Assembly: GCA_038065155.1 (NCBI GenBank) | Contig: JBBTRO010000161.1 | Span: 1-32,704 of the forward strand | Length of the DNA: 32,704 bases | Reading direction: 5' to 3' | From: Patescibacteria group bacterium | Lineage (GTDB): Bacteria > Patescibacteriota > Patescibacteriia > Magasanikbacterales > UBA922 | Shown here: piece by piece, positions 30,864 to 32,704 of the stretch | How the letters are laid out: each line of letters opens with the position of its first letter | Numbering within the stretch: position 1 is the first letter of the stretch | Notes under the pieces: generated by a model | What the model was told of the DNA's origin: nothing | What the model saw: the letters and a program-made list of their open reading frames with translations, nothing else | Database searches by the model: none | Program-made: the position numbers and the translations under genes

Positions 30864-32639
30864 TCATATCATATTTGTCAAAAACCCGCCAGCCTGAATT
30901 TGCCACAAACGACGATAGAGACCGTCAGGCTTTTCAAGCAGTGTCTGGTGCGTGCCCTCCTCAACAATCTTTCCGGAATCGATAACAATGATTCGATCCA
31001 TTTTCATAATCGTAGAAAGACGGTGAGCAATCACGATTACAGTTTTGTCCTTCATGAGTACACTCAACGCATCTTGAATAAGACGCTCGGATTCAGAATC
31101 AAGACTTGAAGTGGCCTCATCGAGTATCAAAATCGGAGCATTACGTAGTATCGCTCGGGCGATGGCCACGCGCTGCCGCTCTCCACCTGAGAGCTTGACT
31201 CCGCGCTCTCCGACATACGTCTCATACCCATTGTGGAACTCATTGATAAATTCATCACAATGAGCCAGTTTGGCTGCAGCAAACACTTCTTCATCACTCG
31301 CTCCGGGCTTACCATAGCGGATATTTTCCAGAAGCGTTCGATGAAAAAGAATCGGGTCCTGGGGCACGTAACTAACCGCCCCCCGCAGACTGTCTTGGGT
31401 CACAAGATGCAATGGTTGATTGTCAATCAAAATCTCGCCAGCGGTAGTGTCGTGTGCGCGTAGAAGTAGTTTCACAATCGTAGATTTCCCCGCGCCGCTT
31501 GGCCCGACCAGCGCCACTTTTTCTTTTGCAGAAATAGTCAAATTGAAACGTGAGAGTATTGACCTAGTTTCATGATAATTGAATGAAACTTTTTTCATTT
31601 CAATGTTTCCATGGGGGACGGCCAGAGCTTTGGCGCCAGGTGCATCAATAATTTCGTGTGGTGCGGTCAAAATCTTTGTCATATCTTCCGCATCACCAAA
31701 ACTTTCGTAAATATCCCGGATTACGCCGCCAAAATCCCACACCCGATTGAAAATGCGAAATAGATACGTTTGAATCAAAACAAAATCACCAACCGTCAGA
31801 ATCCCGCGGCGCCATAGATAAAAAGCAAGGACCAGCATCCCCGCCTCAAGCGCAGTTGTTAAAAAGCCTTGTACGCCATCAAAAAGAACATTCAATCGCC
31901 AAGTGATAAGGCGTAGCCGACGCGTGTCACCAATGGCTTCTCGGTACAATTGCCGTTCAGCATCATAGCCGCAAAATAGCTTCACATTCGCATTGTTCGT
32001 AATGGTATCAGCCAAAATTCCGGTCGCTTTTGACTCAGCGGCACTGCGCAAAATAACGTACTGATAGCGATAGAGAGAAATAAACCAGCTTACGAACAGA
32101 AAAAGCACTAGCCAAGCCGCTGCCAAGATGCCCAGCCGAACATCTAGAACCCACAAGACAATGATGGCCATTGTCGCCTCAATCGTGAGCGGAATGAGTT
32201 GATTCACGACACGTTCGGAAATAACCTCAAAGCCGCGAATAAAATAGTTCACTTGTTTCACGAGAGAACCAACGAAATTGTTGTTGAAAAACGTGAAAGA
32301 ATGTTTGTGAAGATACGCGAAACAACTGTTCGCAATATCTTCCATGATACGGGCACGAAAGGTAATAGTGGCAATATCCCCTAATCGTCGCAAAAGAAAA
32401 CGAAAGAGAAGTGCCAAGACAATGAGAATGATCATGATCCGAATGAGCAGAAACACAGTCTCTGGAGACGTCGGTGTTCCCGCCGCCAGAACATCGAAAA
32501 ACTTTTTATAATAAATCGGAACGATCATGCCGGCGACAGACCAAAGAACGCTAAATGACAGCATCCATATAAACAAAAAACGATACTGCTTCGCGTGTTG
32601 CCAATAAATTGTGAGCGTCTGCCGCGTTTGGTATTTCAT
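30864..32639 (-). CDS. ABC exporter, fused permease/ATPase (MsbA/multidrug-type)
   Basis: Has an N-terminal six-TM-like domain, then Walker A GPSGAGKST, signature LSGGERQR and Walker B ILILDEATSSLD. Confidence 0.9.
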   Translation of the reverse strand: MKYQTRQTLTIYWQHAKQYRFLFIWMLSFSVLWSVAGMIVPIYYKKFFDVLAAGTPTSPETVFLLIRIMIILIVLALLFRFLLRRLGDIATITFRARIMEDIANSCFAYLHKHSFTFFNNNFVGSLVKQVNYFIRGFEVISERVVNQLIPLTIEATMAIIVLWVLDVRLGILAAAWLVLFLFVSWFISLYRYQYVILRSAAESKATGILADTITNNANVKLFCGYDAERQLYREAIGDTRRLRLITWRLNVLFDGVQGFLTTALEAGMLVLAFYLWRRGILTVGDFVLIQTYLFRIFNRVWDFGGVIRDIYESFGDAEDMTKILTAPHEIIDAPGAKALAVPHGNIEMKKVSFNYHETRSILSRFNLTISAKEKVALVGPSGAGKSTIVKLLLRAHDTTAGEILIDNQPLHLVTQDSLRGAVSYVPQDPILFHRTLLENIRYGKPGASDEEVFAAAKLAHCDEFINEFHNGYETYVGERGVKLSGGERQRVAIARAILRNAPILILDEATSSLDSESERLIQDALSVLMKDKTVIVIAHRLSTIMKMDRIIVIDSGKIVEEGTHQTLLEKPDGLYRRLWQIQAGGFLTNMI

Positions 32640-32704
32640 ATAACTTGGAGTTTGTTATTATAGGGTATTTTATTTAACAATTCCGGTGGCTATTTTTAAA
32701 ATTA

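Overview
This is a 32.7-kb window from an AT-leaning, tightly packed bacterial genome. It uses the standard code, with TAA, TAG and TGA all serving as stops. Most host genes lack a Shine-Dalgarno. Taxonomy cannot be established from this sequence alone.

Gene content, left to right:
- 3' part of clpB.
- A minus-strand Fe-S block: Rrf2 regulator, class-I NifS/IscS-like desulfurase, a ~210-nt highly structured spacer, then sufB-sufS-sufU-(exported orphan)-sufC-DUF59-ferredoxin. No sufD is present.
- An FNR-type flavoprotein, a DEDD exonuclease and a coiled-coil orphan.
- An almost complete de novo purine pathway on the plus strand: folD, purA, purL, purM, purQ fused to two PurS domains, purC, a small NTase, purE, purB, purF, purD, purN, a DUF62 SAM hydrolase and purH.
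- A minus-strand AT-rich orphan, guaB and an ABC exporter.

No rRNA, tRNA, CRISPR array or transposase was seen.

Signals worth a second look:
1. Three GC-rich minus-strand cassettes carry four orphan genes. Each has its own promoter-like signals, a strong RBS and a downstream hairpin. They sit between housekeeping genes, and one of them is a translationally coupled pair of apparent paralogues splitting purL from purM.
2. A ~40-nt palindromic repeat family has 7 copies. Four are inserted in frame in essential enzymes (NifS, PurL, and twice in PurQ-PurS-PurS, exactly at the domain junctions).
3. The PurQ-PurS-PurS fusion itself.
4. A multi-helix GC-rich element closed by a perfect 14-bp stem lies between nifS and sufB.
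5. A shared 23-nt start-codon module and several slippage-prone short tandem repeats lie inside or at the edges of CDSs.

All functional readings of the orphan cassettes are inference. I could not assign any of them to a known family by eye.
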